From the IMG/VR virus record IMGVR_UViG_3300029258_003649: a DNA stretch of 64,000 nucleotides. One strand, 5' to 3'. The notes beneath the pieces were generated by a model, which saw only the letters and a program-made list of their open reading frames with translations, was not told where the DNA came from and searched no databases. Origin of the DNA: an uncultured virus (IMG/VR IMGVR_UViG_3300029258_003649). Taxonomy: Duplodnaviria > Heunggongvirae > Uroviricota > Caudoviricetes. Position numbers and translations under genes: made by a program. Below are positions 54,619 to 64,000 of this stretch, in pieces. Every line of letters starts with the position of its first letter. The first letter of the stretch is position 1.

Positions 54619-56991
54619 ATGAGTACAAACCTACGACAGATGGGTGGGGTAAGCTACTGGCGCGGTGTCTGCCGCTCGCTCCAACGCTCCGACTTTCTCA
54701 AACAGGCGGACATGGGTGGAGAATCCGGCGACAGCCAGAGCTTCGAGAGTGCCTTCAGCAACTTGGCACACGCCTACCTCAAAGACAAGGCTCCACAGCT
54801 GCTCGACTTCATGCTGGGCTTCCAGCTTCTCGAGAAAAATGAGGACAACGATCGGGCTGTCGGTGTCTTTGGCTTCAAGGTGGGGCCGCAACTCATTTAT
54901 GCTCCGGTGTTCTTCCTGAACGGCGAACTCCGCGGGCACGAGCTCATGTACCTCAAGGAGAGCGACACGTTCGTTCCCCTCAAAGAGAACTGGGTCAACT
55001 ACGTGCTGAACCGCAAGCCGAACGTCATCGGCGAAGAGGTCACACGCAACCTGAGCATGCTCGGCGTCAGTCGCCCATCGCTCGACCAGTTCCGCGAATC
55101 ACCGAACAAGTACGCGTCGGATCAATGGCTCGACGCCGGTATGCCCGGCCTCATGCACGCGCTCGGTCGCGTCGCTAAGCGTGAGCCGAAAGCGCCGGAG
55201 CTGATCAAGGCCAGTGCCGCGGTCGCTACGCGGTTCCTCCAGGTCCTTGACTCCACGCCGCAGCTGGCTCGCCCGATCGTCGAAAACTACGGTCGGGAGC
55301 TTGTCGACGAAGCGATCGGCGTTGCCAAGACCGCCAGCACCGTCTGTCCGACGGAACCGCCGCGCAAGAAACGAGACATCCAAGTCGGTGGTAGCATCTT
55401 CCGCGAGAAGTCCGCGATGGACCAAGCGAAAGAAGCCGATCCGATCAACACTGGCAGCCTCCGCATTTGGACATACAACGGCACGAAAGCATGCCGCAGG
55501 GGGCTGACCGAAAAGCAGGCCGAGCAACTGCAACGCGACGGCGTCTACATCAAGGACGACCGCTACGACAAGTCGAAGGTCTACAAGGTCCAGGAGCCGA
55601 TGACGCTCCAGAACCCGGACGAGACTGGACACTACGACGTCCTCTGCAAGCCGGACTCCTTCGAGAAGTGCCTGTACATCCACGCCCCGCACGGCCCGCG
55701 TGGCCGCAAGCCGAACGGCGTCCTGGTACGGGTCGGCGGCGACAAGAAGGCCTATACCGAAGTGCACCCCGGCGACATCTACGTCATCGAGAAGTACTCC
55801 GGTAGCGACTACAACGACTGGTTCAACGGACTGCCGAACGCGGACAGCCTGCAGGTCGGAGCGACCTATGCGCTGCTCACCACGACCGGACACGGTACGA
55901 GCGTGTTCGAGGTCGAGGACACTCTGCCCTCCGAGGGCGAGGAAAAGCGGTACAAGGTCCGCTGGCGTCATTACGGTAACGTCCGGCGTCGGGCCGACAA
56001 GCTGATCCCGTCGCCGAGCCACGGCCACTACGAGTGGGACAACACCAGCAGCGTCGAACAGATTGTGCTGAACCGCATCAAGGGCCACAAGCTCGTGTCG
56101 CGGTTGGACGAGCTGCTCGTACCGCCCGGCGCCAAGGCACTGAAGATTGCCGACCCGCCGAAGGACGAGGACGGCGACAGCATCCCCGGGTGCTGCAACC
56201 CGTGCGCGGACTCGAGCGACCCGCCCGCGCTTGTGCCAGGCGACCACGTCGACCTCCAGCTGGGCATCTACAAGACGTCCAGCGCGCTGGAAGTCTTCAA
56301 CAACGGCACCGAAGCGATCGTCAACGGCAGGCACTCGACGCCCAAGGCTGCGCTCATCTCGCTCGTCCGCGACTACGGATGCGCCGAGAAGACCGCTAAG
56401 GACGTGTTGAAGAACGCCCAGCTGCAGCGAGGCGTGAAGTACCGGATCAAGTACGCCCAGCCGTACGATCTGCTCTCCAGCGCCCCGTCGGCTCCGGCGA
56501 TCCCGGAACAGTACGAGTCCACCGACTTCATCATGGGCTCCGGCCTGCCGACCAACTACGGCATGGAAGAGGAGTACCCGGTCGACGACCTGCGTGGCGG
56601 ACGCCGCCAGCGCGGGCAGATGGCCGAGCCGCCCGAGCCGATGATGGGGCAGCAACTCATGGAAGCAGCCCAGACAGGCCAGAAGGAAGTGCTCGACACT
56701 TCGCTCCTGTCGAACCTGCTCAAGGGCTCGCAGAACGAGACTCTGATCGATCGGCACCTGCCGGACCTGATGAAGGGTCTGGACAGCATGGGCCGGCTGC
56801 TGTTCAACATGTACTGGCATCACGACAAATTTGAGGACAGATACGGCAGCAACAATCTGCCCGAGCTGGAAGATGCCATGCGCAACTCGTTCGAGAGCCT
56901 GGGTGACGTGACCCTGGAACTCAAGCAGAAAACAATCGAGCCCTACCCGGACGAGGGAGTCGACGTCGACTTCGGCGAGGGTGAGGTCTAA
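54619..56991 (+). CDS. Large K-x-A motif protein, putative virion structural/head protein
   Basis: KQA, KYA, KTA, KSA, KTS, KYA motifs; lies between the RNAP and prohead protease genes. Confidence 0.7.
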   Translation: MSTNLRQMGGVSYWRGVCRSLQRSDFLKQADMGGESGDSQSFESAFSNLAHAYLKDKAPQLLDFMLGFQLLEKNEDNDRAVGVFGFKVGPQLIYAPVFFLNGELRGHELMYLKESDTFVPLKENWVNYVLNRKPNVIGEEVTRNLSMLGVSRPSLDQFRESPNKYASDQWLDAGMPGLMHALGRVAKREPKAPELIKASAAVATRFLQVLDSTPQLARPIVENYGRELVDEAIGVAKTASTVCPTEPPRKKRDIQVGGSIFREKSAMDQAKEADPINTGSLRIWTYNGTKACRRGLTEKQAEQLQRDGVYIKDDRYDKSKVYKVQEPMTLQNPDETGHYDVLCKPDSFEKCLYIHAPHGPRGRKPNGVLVRVGGDKKAYTEVHPGDIYVIEKYSGSDYNDWFNGLPNADSLQVGATYALLTTTGHGTSVFEVEDTLPSEGEEKRYKVRWRHYGNVRRRADKLIPSPSHGHYEWDNTSSVEQIVLNRIKGHKLVSRLDELLVPPGAKALKIADPPKDEDGDSIPGCCNPCADSSDPPALVPGDHVDLQLGIYKTSSALEVFNNGTEAIVNGRHSTPKAALISLVRDYGCAEKTAKDVLKNAQLQRGVKYRIKYAQPYDLLSSAPSAPAIPEQYESTDFIMGSGLPTNYGMEEEYPVDDLRGGRRQRGQMAEPPEPMMGQQLMEAAQTGQKEVLDTSLLSNLLKGSQNETLIDRHLPDLMKGLDSMGRLLFNMYWHHDKFEDRYGSNNLPELEDAMRNSFESLGDVTLELKQKTIEPYPDEGVDVDFGEGEV

Positions 56992-57005
56992 GCAAAGGTA
57001 GCCAC

Positions 57006-57464
57006 ATGCATATCTACAAGAGAGAACTGTCCGTCGCGAACGGCGAAGCACTGGTCATGCCAGCCGGTGAGACCTCGATGTGCTTCCGTATTGGGTACCC
57101 GCAAGAGGGTTCGATCAAGCGTCTACAAGTCTGCCAGGTCGCCGATGACCCGGTCCAGGTAGGCTACAGCGTCAGGCTGCTCGATCGGGCTGTCTGCGAG
57201 CTGGGCCCCGAAGCGTCGCACTCGGCAGAAATCGACCCGATCTGCTTCAACACGGCCAAGATCATCCCCGACGACCAGCTCCCGGCCAAGGCCGCGGGCG
57301 AATCGCTGGAGTTCTACAGCCCCACGGGGTACGCATACCGCAATCGGGTGGGCTCGTACTCGGTCCCGGACCGCGCGGTCTACCTGCAGCTGACCGTCGA
57401 CGATGACGGCCAGGATACCAACTGGGAAGTTGCGATCACCGGGGAAGTAGGCAACGAGGACTAG
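57006..57464 (+). CDS. Hypothetical beta-rich protein
   Basis: Native codon usage. Confidence 0.7.
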   Translation: MHIYKRELSVANGEALVMPAGETSMCFRIGYPQEGSIKRLQVCQVADDPVQVGYSVRLLDRAVCELGPEASHSAEIDPICFNTAKIIPDDQLPAKAAGESLEFYSPTGYAYRNRVGSYSVPDRAVYLQLTVDDDGQDTNWEVAITGEVGNED

Positions 57465-57468
57465 AAAA

Positions 57469-57484
57469 TTATTCTCGTGAATAA
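57469..57484. promoter_or_regulatory. parS-like palindrome TTATTCTCGTGAATAA
   Basis: 15/16 match to 16381-16396; intergenic. Confidence 0.65.
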
Positions 57485-57499
57485 AATTCAGAGGTGTAG

Positions 57500-58465
57500 A
57501 TGTCGATTCTGGTAAACAGACCCGATAACAAGAGGCGTCCCGCAGACTGGCGGTGGCAGCGGGCTGGCGAACTCGCCAACGGCTCGCGCCTCATCGCTGG
57601 ACGGGATGACAGCATCGTAAGGGAGCTGACGAAGTTCCGCCGACTCCTGGACCGCTGTGAGACGGACGAAGACCGGCTCGCGGCGCTGGATGCCGATCCC
57701 GTGCTGTTTTCGGCCTATTTGATTTACGATGCCAACGAAACCCCCACTGAGACTCGATGGGAGCTCGAGGCTCGCCTGTTGGCCCGTGAGTCCTTCGAAA
57801 GCATTGGTCAGAAGATCCACGAAGACGTGGATGTGATCAAGCGCTACGAGGAGGCCTTCTTCGATGTGATGAGTCGTATTGATCATCCAGGCTTGATCAC
57901 CCACATCATTGTCGGCAAAGCTGTGCAGACCGGCCTTGCGGAGCGGCAATACGATTTGCTGTGGAAGCTGTTTGGATACCACTGCGGCCCGCTAGTCTTG
58001 GACGCCTTTATCTACAAGTTCAACGCGCCGACGCGCCCGGAGACCCCAAGTCAGGTCTCAGCGCATTGGGGCGACGACACGAAGGAAGTGATCAAAGTGA
58101 AGGCCAACGTGGCCGCGCGTACCATCCAGATCAACGGCTACACTGCCGAAGGCATCCTGAACATGTTCCACAACATGGCCGCACTCGAGCAACAGGCTGG
58201 TGCGGCGGGTGGCGGCAGCGAGCTGATGGCTGAGAACGTCCAGGCGATGCAGAACTGCATCCCGTGGATCAAGTACATCGAAGGCGTCTCGCCGAAGATG
58301 ATTGGTCGTTCCACCGAGTTCGAGAAGGATGGTATGACCCTGCGATCACACGAGTTGATGATGCTCTCGATGGGCATCGAGCCGGAAGGCTTGGAATATC
58401 TTACCACCGACATTGGATACCCAGACGGAGATGACCAAAATGCAAAGGCTCACGAAGGAGAGTGA
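57500..58465 (+). CDS. Hypothetical helical protein
   Basis: GAGGT SD; 321 aa. Confidence 0.75.
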   Translation: MSILVNRPDNKRRPADWRWQRAGELANGSRLIAGRDDSIVRELTKFRRLLDRCETDEDRLAALDADPVLFSAYLIYDANETPTETRWELEARLLARESFESIGQKIHEDVDVIKRYEEAFFDVMSRIDHPGLITHIIVGKAVQTGLAERQYDLLWKLFGYHCGPLVLDAFIYKFNAPTRPETPSQVSAHWGDDTKEVIKVKANVAARTIQINGYTAEGILNMFHNMAALEQQAGAAGGGSELMAENVQAMQNCIPWIKYIEGVSPKMIGRSTEFEKDGMTLRSHELMMLSMGIEPEGLEYLTTDIGYPDGDDQNAKAHEGE

Positions 58466-60101
58466 GCAGCGGATCAGCAACGCTCTCGCAAAGGTCACAG
58501 ATTTGACCAACTCCGGAACGAATCCGGACGATGCGATTGTTAAGGTTGCGACCGCCGCAAAACTGCCGGCTGGCCATGTCAATCTCATGGTGCGGGCGTT
58601 CAACAACGGCCGAAGCCTCGGCCATATCCGCGAACACGAGACGCTCACCGAAAAGGCTGCGGCGTTCCCGCTGGCTGACGGTAGGAAGATCCTTGAACGG
58701 ATGTTCCCGTCGGAGGTCAAGACGGCTGCCGAGGAAGCCCACGGTGTGTCCATCTCGGACGACTACAACATGTCGCCTGCTGGCTGGCTCAAGCGCCGGG
58801 CAGAGGCTGCGCGCACTGTGTCGCTGGTGAAGTCCGCCGAAGAGCTGGAGATCGAGACCAAGGCGCCAGGAGGCGGCGTCATCGAAGTTGAGATCGAAGA
58901 CGGCGAAGTGGAGGTCGAAAGGGAGTCCGCCGAAGAAGAAGCTGCCGAAGAAGAGGCAGAGGAAAAAGAGGCAGCGTACCCGGCATACCCGTACCGCCAG
59001 GAGAAGAAGGCCCTGTCGGCCATGCACGATCTCCGGCGCGAGCACCAGCAGCGCAAGGACGCTGCGATCAAATCGGCGTACGACGTGACGAACGGCGTCG
59101 AGAAGCTGGCCAACTACTTCCGCCGGTTTGACAGCCGCCCGATCAACGAGGTCTGGGCCAATGCCGGAGCACGCTACGGACAGACGGGCCGCGGCCTGGT
59201 CGAGAAGTCCACCGTGATGTTCAAGCAGGCGTACGCCCAACCATCCCAGGTGACCCACGATGTCGACTGGGACGAGGCGCCCTACTCGCTGATCAAGTCC
59301 GCTGTCGACGCGATCGCCCGCTTCAACGACACCAAGAAGGCCCTGGCCGACTTCGAAGCCGCTCTCCCGGAGAAGCGCGCGGAGACTCTGCGCCCTTTTG
59401 CACCGGACCGTCCAAACGTGATCACAGGCTCAGTATGGGACAATCAATCGCAGACTAAGTCTGCGTCGTTCATGGGTCTGACAATGGCTGGCGCGTTGGG
59501 CGGTACCGCAAAGGGTCTTGCTGAGAAGTACGCCCCGGAGACGCGCGAGGAGCTGATCCAGAAGCACCTCAAGTCGATTGCCGATCCGGGCCACGAAGAC
59601 CACCTGCGAGCCATCCGTGCCCAGGCCATGATCCACGAGATGATGTCCGCCGACCCGGTCATCAGCGGCTACGACCACTCCGACGTGATCGACGCCTACA
59701 ACCACCTGGCCGAGGTCGCGCCGCGCGCCATGCAGCACCGGGTGATGGCCCAGGGCCTGATCCGCAAGTACCTGGAGCAGGCATCGGCGATCGACCCGTT
59801 CGACGTCGAGCAGGCGCTCAAGATCGAGGGACAGGTCGCCGACCGCGACATGCCGCAACAGCTGGCCAACGTCGGCCGTATGGGTGTGTCCCGCGAGCTC
59901 GGCCCGCCGAACCCGCTGCCGACCGGTGCGCAAATGCCGGTGCTGCCGTCTGACGTCAGCAGCGCGATGCGCCCGTCGTTCCAGCACTTGACGCCGGGAC
60001 AGGATCGGGAGAATCGAGATCTAATTACTGAGCAGAAGAAGCAACTTGCTGAGCAGAAGAAGCAGCTCGACGCGCTCAGAAAGCCCAAGCCCAATCCGTA
60101 A
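58440..60101 (+). CDS. K-x-A motif virion-associated protein
   Basis: KTA, KSA, KEA, KQA, KSA motifs; acidic stretch; no Cys. Confidence 0.72.
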   Translation: MQRLTKESEQRISNALAKVTDLTNSGTNPDDAIVKVATAAKLPAGHVNLMVRAFNNGRSLGHIREHETLTEKAAAFPLADGRKILERMFPSEVKTAAEEAHGVSISDDYNMSPAGWLKRRAEAARTVSLVKSAEELEIETKAPGGGVIEVEIEDGEVEVERESAEEEAAEEEAEEKEAAYPAYPYRQEKKALSAMHDLRREHQQRKDAAIKSAYDVTNGVEKLANYFRRFDSRPINEVWANAGARYGQTGRGLVEKSTVMFKQAYAQPSQVTHDVDWDEAPYSLIKSAVDAIARFNDTKKALADFEAALPEKRAETLRPFAPDRPNVITGSVWDNQSQTKSASFMGLTMAGALGGTAKGLAEKYAPETREELIQKHLKSIADPGHEDHLRAIRAQAMIHEMMSADPVISGYDHSDVIDAYNHLAEVAPRAMQHRVMAQGLIRKYLEQASAIDPFDVEQALKIEGQVADRDMPQQLANVGRMGVSRELGPPNPLPTGAQMPVLPSDVSSAMRPSFQHLTPGQDRENRDLITEQKKQLAEQKKQLDALRKPKPNP

Positions 60102-60112
60102 GGAGCATTACC

Positions 60113-61492
60113 GTGCTACCCGACGTAGACTTCAATGAGATGAGTTATGACGAGGGCCATGCACTCGTCAAGGAGGCACTCAGCCTTGCTGAACTCAAGC
60201 AGGGTATCGGGGATGCTGCGTCGGGCGCCAAAGACTGGCTGGGCCAACAGGCCGGGCGGGTCGGCGACTGGGCGGCTGAACGCGGGATTACCGCGGCAGG
60301 CAAGAGTGTCCTCGATAAGGTCAACCAATATCCGAATCTGCGCAACATTGCCATCGGTACGGCTGGTGGCGCTGGGCTCGGCGCGCTGAGCACGCTGTTT
60401 CAACCGCGGCGACGTCGCGGGGACTGGGTTGGCCGTACGCTGACCGGCGGTCTCCTCGGCGGCGTAGGTGCCGGCCTCGGCAGTGCGCTTTACCGCGGGC
60501 AGCACGGTCGCCACGCAGAGTCCCAAGACGTGATGAATAAAGCTACGACTGAAGCCGCGCGTGAGCATTTGGTCAACCGCGAAGCCGCGCGTCCGCGCTT
60601 TGAGAGCGAGCCAGGCATCGGCGAGCCGATGAGCGGGCGTGAATGGGCGCTACGCCGTGGCGGTGTTACTGCCGACCCGGAGAGTGGCGAGTGGGGGTGG
60701 GATTGGCGTAACATGCAGCCGCTAGAAGCAGCCACAGACGTCTTCACGCCTGACGACGCTGTGACTCCGGTTGCGTCAGCTGTTGGCGCTTCGCTGCCGT
60801 GGCTCGACAAGGTGCCGATTTTGAACAAGCTCGAGGCCATTCAACGTATCAAAGGCCGTGTGCCCACAGACGCGCCGGCGTTTCAACAGGGCCGTGACGT
60901 GATGAAGCATCTCGGTCTGAGTCCTGCAGAAGCAGACAAGGTTATGCTGCGAGAAGGTACGCACGATGCCGTAAACAAGCGGTGGCGTAAGCACAAGAAG
61001 CAGCTGAAGAACCTCGAAGACTCTCGACCACAACGGATGGCTGATTCTGCGCAGGCCGCCAAAAAGGTGCGGCAGATCCAAAAACAGATCGACCAGCAGC
61101 TGAAGACTGGTGCACAACCGCCGAGCCCACAGATCCAGCAACAGCTTTATGAGGCCCAACAGGAGTTTAAGAAGATCCGGGATGCTGAGCGTCTCAAGAA
61201 CAAGGAGTGGCGGCGGCTGAGCGAGGGCGCAAAGCAGCTGACCGCGGGCGACAAGAAAGATTCGCTGCTCAGGAAATTCCGCGGAACGGATCAGATGGAC
61301 ATGGCCCGGGCACAGGCACAGCGTCGGGCCTCCAAGGGCCCCAGCAAACGTATGCGTGGCGCCGCGTCGCTCGGTCTGGCCGCATTGCCGCCGGTCGTGG
61401 ACGCTGCGATGCAGGGCCTCCGCGGCGGACCCACGTCGATTACGCAGCGGCTGGCTGAGGCAGAACGTAAAGCCAACGAATCGCTTCAATAA
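60113..61492 (+). CDS. Glycine-zipper virion-associated protein
   Basis: GTAGGAGLGAL...GGLLGGVGAGLG; VKEAL; no Cys; AAGGAG SD. Confidence 0.72.
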   Translation: MLPDVDFNEMSYDEGHALVKEALSLAELKQGIGDAASGAKDWLGQQAGRVGDWAAERGITAAGKSVLDKVNQYPNLRNIAIGTAGGAGLGALSTLFQPRRRRGDWVGRTLTGGLLGGVGAGLGSALYRGQHGRHAESQDVMNKATTEAAREHLVNREAARPRFESEPGIGEPMSGREWALRRGGVTADPESGEWGWDWRNMQPLEAATDVFTPDDAVTPVASAVGASLPWLDKVPILNKLEAIQRIKGRVPTDAPAFQQGRDVMKHLGLSPAEADKVMLREGTHDAVNKRWRKHKKQLKNLEDSRPQRMADSAQAAKKVRQIQKQIDQQLKTGAQPPSPQIQQQLYEAQQEFKKIRDAERLKNKEWRRLSEGAKQLTAGDKKDSLLRKFRGTDQMDMARAQAQRRASKGPSKRMRGAASLGLAALPPVVDAAMQGLRGGPTSITQRLAEAERKANESLQ

Positions 61493-61504
61493 CAGGAACC
61501 CACC

Positions 61505-63013
61505 ATGGCACTCACGAAACTTTTGACTCCTGGATCGTACGACTTTCACGCTCCGGTGGCACAGCAGATCAAGACGGGCCGCGACGGCAGGCTCCGTGGA
61601 TCTGATATGGATGAGTTCGTGAAACGCGCGTCGGTGCAGTTCATCGACAAGGTGGCCAGCATGCAGCTTGGCCCTGGGGAGGTCCCTGTCCACTTGCTAG
61701 CCGTCGGTGCCCAAGAGTACTACGGAGCCAACCGCAACGGCGACGGCTTCCGTGAGGAGGTCTTGCAGGCATATCACCCGACTTTCCAGAAATTCGCCCG
61801 CTGGTACCGCGATCATCAGAACAAGGACGTCTCCAAGGGACGTGGTATCATCAAAGCTTCCGCGTATAATGGCGATATGCGGCGCGTGGAGCTGATCGTT
61901 GCGCTCAACGGCACCAAGGAAGCTGCCGATCGCAACGGCGGGCTTGTCGCTGACGAAGAGCTCGAGAAACTGGCACGAGGCGAAGACATCCCGGTGTCGA
62001 TGGCCTGCCGTGTCAGCCATGACGTCTGTTCTGGCTGTGGCAACCATGCCAAGAGCCGCAAAGAATACTGTGGACCGGAGATGTGCAAATATGGCGGATG
62101 CAGAGATAACCTCGCCAAGACTTTCGATGACGGACATACGCTCCATGTCGACAACCCAGATCCATGCTTCTTCGACATCTCGAAGGTCTTTCGCCCGGCA
62201 GATCGCATCGCTTACACGCTTGGTAAATGTGCTGCAGCAGAAGACTACCAAGAAATGCTCAAAGCCGCCGCAGACACCTACGGATCTGAGCAAAGTGCTG
62301 CAGCGCTTGCGGAGCGACTTGGGGTTACCCCGCCTCTCTGGATCCTCACAGACGGCCCCTGGAGTGACCCGCGTGTCGTTGGACAACTCAAGGTGGCAAA
62401 CTACCTGATCCAGCAAGAGAACGCACTGGAGGTCGACGGGAGCCCAATTGCGCAAGATCGTGCGTGCCAGCCGGTTGTGCAACCGCTCCGGATCGACGCT
62501 CCTGACGTCCGCAAGGGTCCGTACAAGCTGGCCCACGTCGTGACAGCACTGGCAGCAGAGAAGTGCATGCTTCCTGTTGATTCGTTCATCGCCATGCTGA
62601 CCGGCGAACACAACACCAAAACAGCAGCCGCAGCGGACGCCGTTGCGGACCGCTTGCCAGGCGTGTACAATCGTCTGGCATCTGATCCGAGGCTCGAAGA
62701 GGACCTCCGTCAGAACCCCTATTTGCCCGGTGGTCCAGCGCCAAAACGCGTCAGGCATTGGGTGCTGAAACACGCCGGCGAATGGTCGCTGGCTCGCGAC
62801 CGCGTCATCGAGCGGCTCCAACTGTCCGTTTTGCGGCAGCCGAAGGCGCCTGACCCCCGTCGGTCGATGACCAAGATAGCTATGGTCGACAGTGCTGAGG
62901 AGCTGGCCAAGCAGTACGCCTTGTACCAGCTTGGCTTCCTCCAAGCCCATGCGGCTGATCCAGACGCCGCATTCATGCAGGAGATGGCCGTCAGATCAAA
63001 CTTTGTGAGGTAA
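61505..63013 (+). CDS. Putative prohead (capsid maturation) protease with Zn-finger insertion
   Basis: NRNGDGF, YRDHQN (His), VSMAC (Ser), DVCSGCGN...YC...C, NPDPCFFDIS.V..PAD; upstream of a scaffold-like gene. Confidence 0.75.
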   Translation: MALTKLLTPGSYDFHAPVAQQIKTGRDGRLRGSDMDEFVKRASVQFIDKVASMQLGPGEVPVHLLAVGAQEYYGANRNGDGFREEVLQAYHPTFQKFARWYRDHQNKDVSKGRGIIKASAYNGDMRRVELIVALNGTKEAADRNGGLVADEELEKLARGEDIPVSMACRVSHDVCSGCGNHAKSRKEYCGPEMCKYGGCRDNLAKTFDDGHTLHVDNPDPCFFDISKVFRPADRIAYTLGKCAAAEDYQEMLKAAADTYGSEQSAAALAERLGVTPPLWILTDGPWSDPRVVGQLKVANYLIQQENALEVDGSPIAQDRACQPVVQPLRIDAPDVRKGPYKLAHVVTALAAEKCMLPVDSFIAMLTGEHNTKTAAAADAVADRLPGVYNRLASDPRLEEDLRQNPYLPGGPAPKRVRHWVLKHAGEWSLARDRVIERLQLSVLRQPKAPDPRRSMTKIAMVDSAEELAKQYALYQLGFLQAHAADPDAAFMQEMAVRSNFVR

Positions 63014-63014
63014 G

Positions 63015-63410
63015 ATGAAAACCTGCAGAGAGTGTAGAAACACCAAACCAGCCACACAATTCCCGCCAAATCGGCGGGTGTGTCTGGCGTGTACGCGGGC
63101 GTATCACCGCCAAAAATACGTTGAACGCCCGTATCGACAGACTATGGCCTACCATTTGAAGCGCTATGGGCTGTCGGTCGAAGATTACGAAAAAATGGCG
63201 GCTGACCAGAATGGCGTCTGTGCTATCTGCGGGCAGCCAGAGCGTAAAAAGTCGGCACTTTCGGTCGATCACGACCACGAGACCGGCGAAGTCCGCGGAT
63301 TGCTGTGCGATGCCTGCAACCGTGGATTGGGCGCTTTCAGGGATGATCCGGAGCGGCTGGGCCGGGCCATCGCATACCTGGAGGCGGCCACGATTGGAGT
63401 ACCCAGCTAA
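63015..63410 (+). CDS. Endonuclease VII-family (HNH) homing endonuclease
   Basis: YGLS..DY..M...QNG.CAICG...LSVDHDHETGEVRGLLC..CN.GLG..RD. Confidence 0.92.
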   Translation: MKTCRECRNTKPATQFPPNRRVCLACTRAYHRQKYVERPYRQTMAYHLKRYGLSVEDYEKMAADQNGVCAICGQPERKKSALSVDHDHETGEVRGLLCDACNRGLGAFRDDPERLGRAIAYLEAATIGVPS

Positions 63411-63529
63411 AATTTCGTACGTTAAGCAGAAAGTCCGTATTGACTGCACTGCTTCAATTAGTCCAAAATACAACCTGACGGGTTTAACACTGCCGCGGCA
63501 GAGACCCTACCAAGTCATGGAGGACAAAG

Positions 63530-64000
63530 ATGCCTAGCCTATTCGACAACGTCACTGACCTCGTCAACGAGATCGGTGCGGAAAAGACGGCCGCCGACAA
63601 GTCCGCGATGGACGACCCAGGTGGCTATGAGGGTCCTACCTCGCACCCGTCCAAGAAGCCGGACGACAACGAACAGGATCCCGTGGAAGGTTTCCAATCC
63701 GCTGACAACGAGCGGAAAGTGAAAGAGGACATTCCCGACACGACGAACAAGAAGCCTGAGCTCACCGAAGGCTCGGCCCCCAAGGCCGAAGACGTGCAGC
63801 TCGGACAGGGCGTCGATGCCGCGAAGCCGACCGGCCAAGATCCTTCGACCGAGGAGGACTACAAGGGTACGCTTCAGGGCGACAAGCGGGAAGGCGACCA
63901 GGGTGGCACGAGCCATCCGGCCAAGGGCGACTACGGCGAGAAGTACTCCGCCGACAAGCTCGCCGAACTTGGTGACGACGATCTCTGCAAGTGCGCCAAG
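63530..64000 (+). CDS. Acidic disordered scaffold-like protein, 3'-partial
   Basis: Manual translation MPSLFDNVTDLVNEIGAEKTAADKSAMDDPGG...EKYSADKL...; GGAGG SD; open to the window end; follows the protease. Confidence 0.65.
   Translation, partial: MPSLFDNVTDLVNEIGAEKTAADKSAMDDPGGYEGPTSHPSKKPDDNEQDPVEGFQSADNERKVKEDIPDTTNKKPELTEGSAPKAEDVQLGQGVDAAKPTGQDPSTEEDYKGTLQGDKREGDQGGTSHPAKGDYGEKYSADKLAELGDDDLCKCAK

Noticed and set aside
1..64000. tRNA/rRNA genes, integrase, transposase, alternative genetic code
   Set aside because: None recognised by eye; genes tile densely under the standard code using all three stops. A covariance-model scan was not run

Overview
High-GC segment of a very large tailed bacteriophage (huge/jumbo phage), with essentially all real genes on the + strand. 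A Planctomycetota-like host is only an inference. The window holds: (1) glycine-zipper, low-complexity virion/ejection-type proteins punctuated by a recurrent K-x-[AGS] motif (1-7.7 kb, 38.6-39.7 kb, 45.6-47.2 kb, 51.7-64 kb); (2) an accessory block of small membrane proteins, a trypsin-like protease, ThyX, GroES, a cold-shock protein, Tmk and a glycan-tailoring cluster (glycosyltransferases, four sulfotransferases, methyltransferases, an rSAM-GT fusion, cytidylyltransferase, GHMP kinase); (3) two apparent polyproteins (2H-phosphoesterase + iPPase-like domain; helical domain + HAD + NTase + LigD phosphoesterase + ATP-dependent DNA ligase), each carrying a nested +1-frame ORF; (4) a bacterial-like multisubunit RNA polymerase arranged as a beta/beta'-N fusion plus a separate beta'-C gene, with no cysteines and neither Zn site; (5) a prohead protease, an EndoVII endonuclease and the start of a scaffold-like gene. 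Less obvious signals: three nearly lysine-free proteins sharing an RxPRx[IV]R motif, CsrA-type ANGGA hairpins in a long holin leader and on the ribosome-binding sites of several late genes, five dispersed parS-like palindromes, a repeated 20-bp promoter-like motif, and an internally deleted EndoVII relic. All family calls come from reading motifs by eye; no database searches were run.
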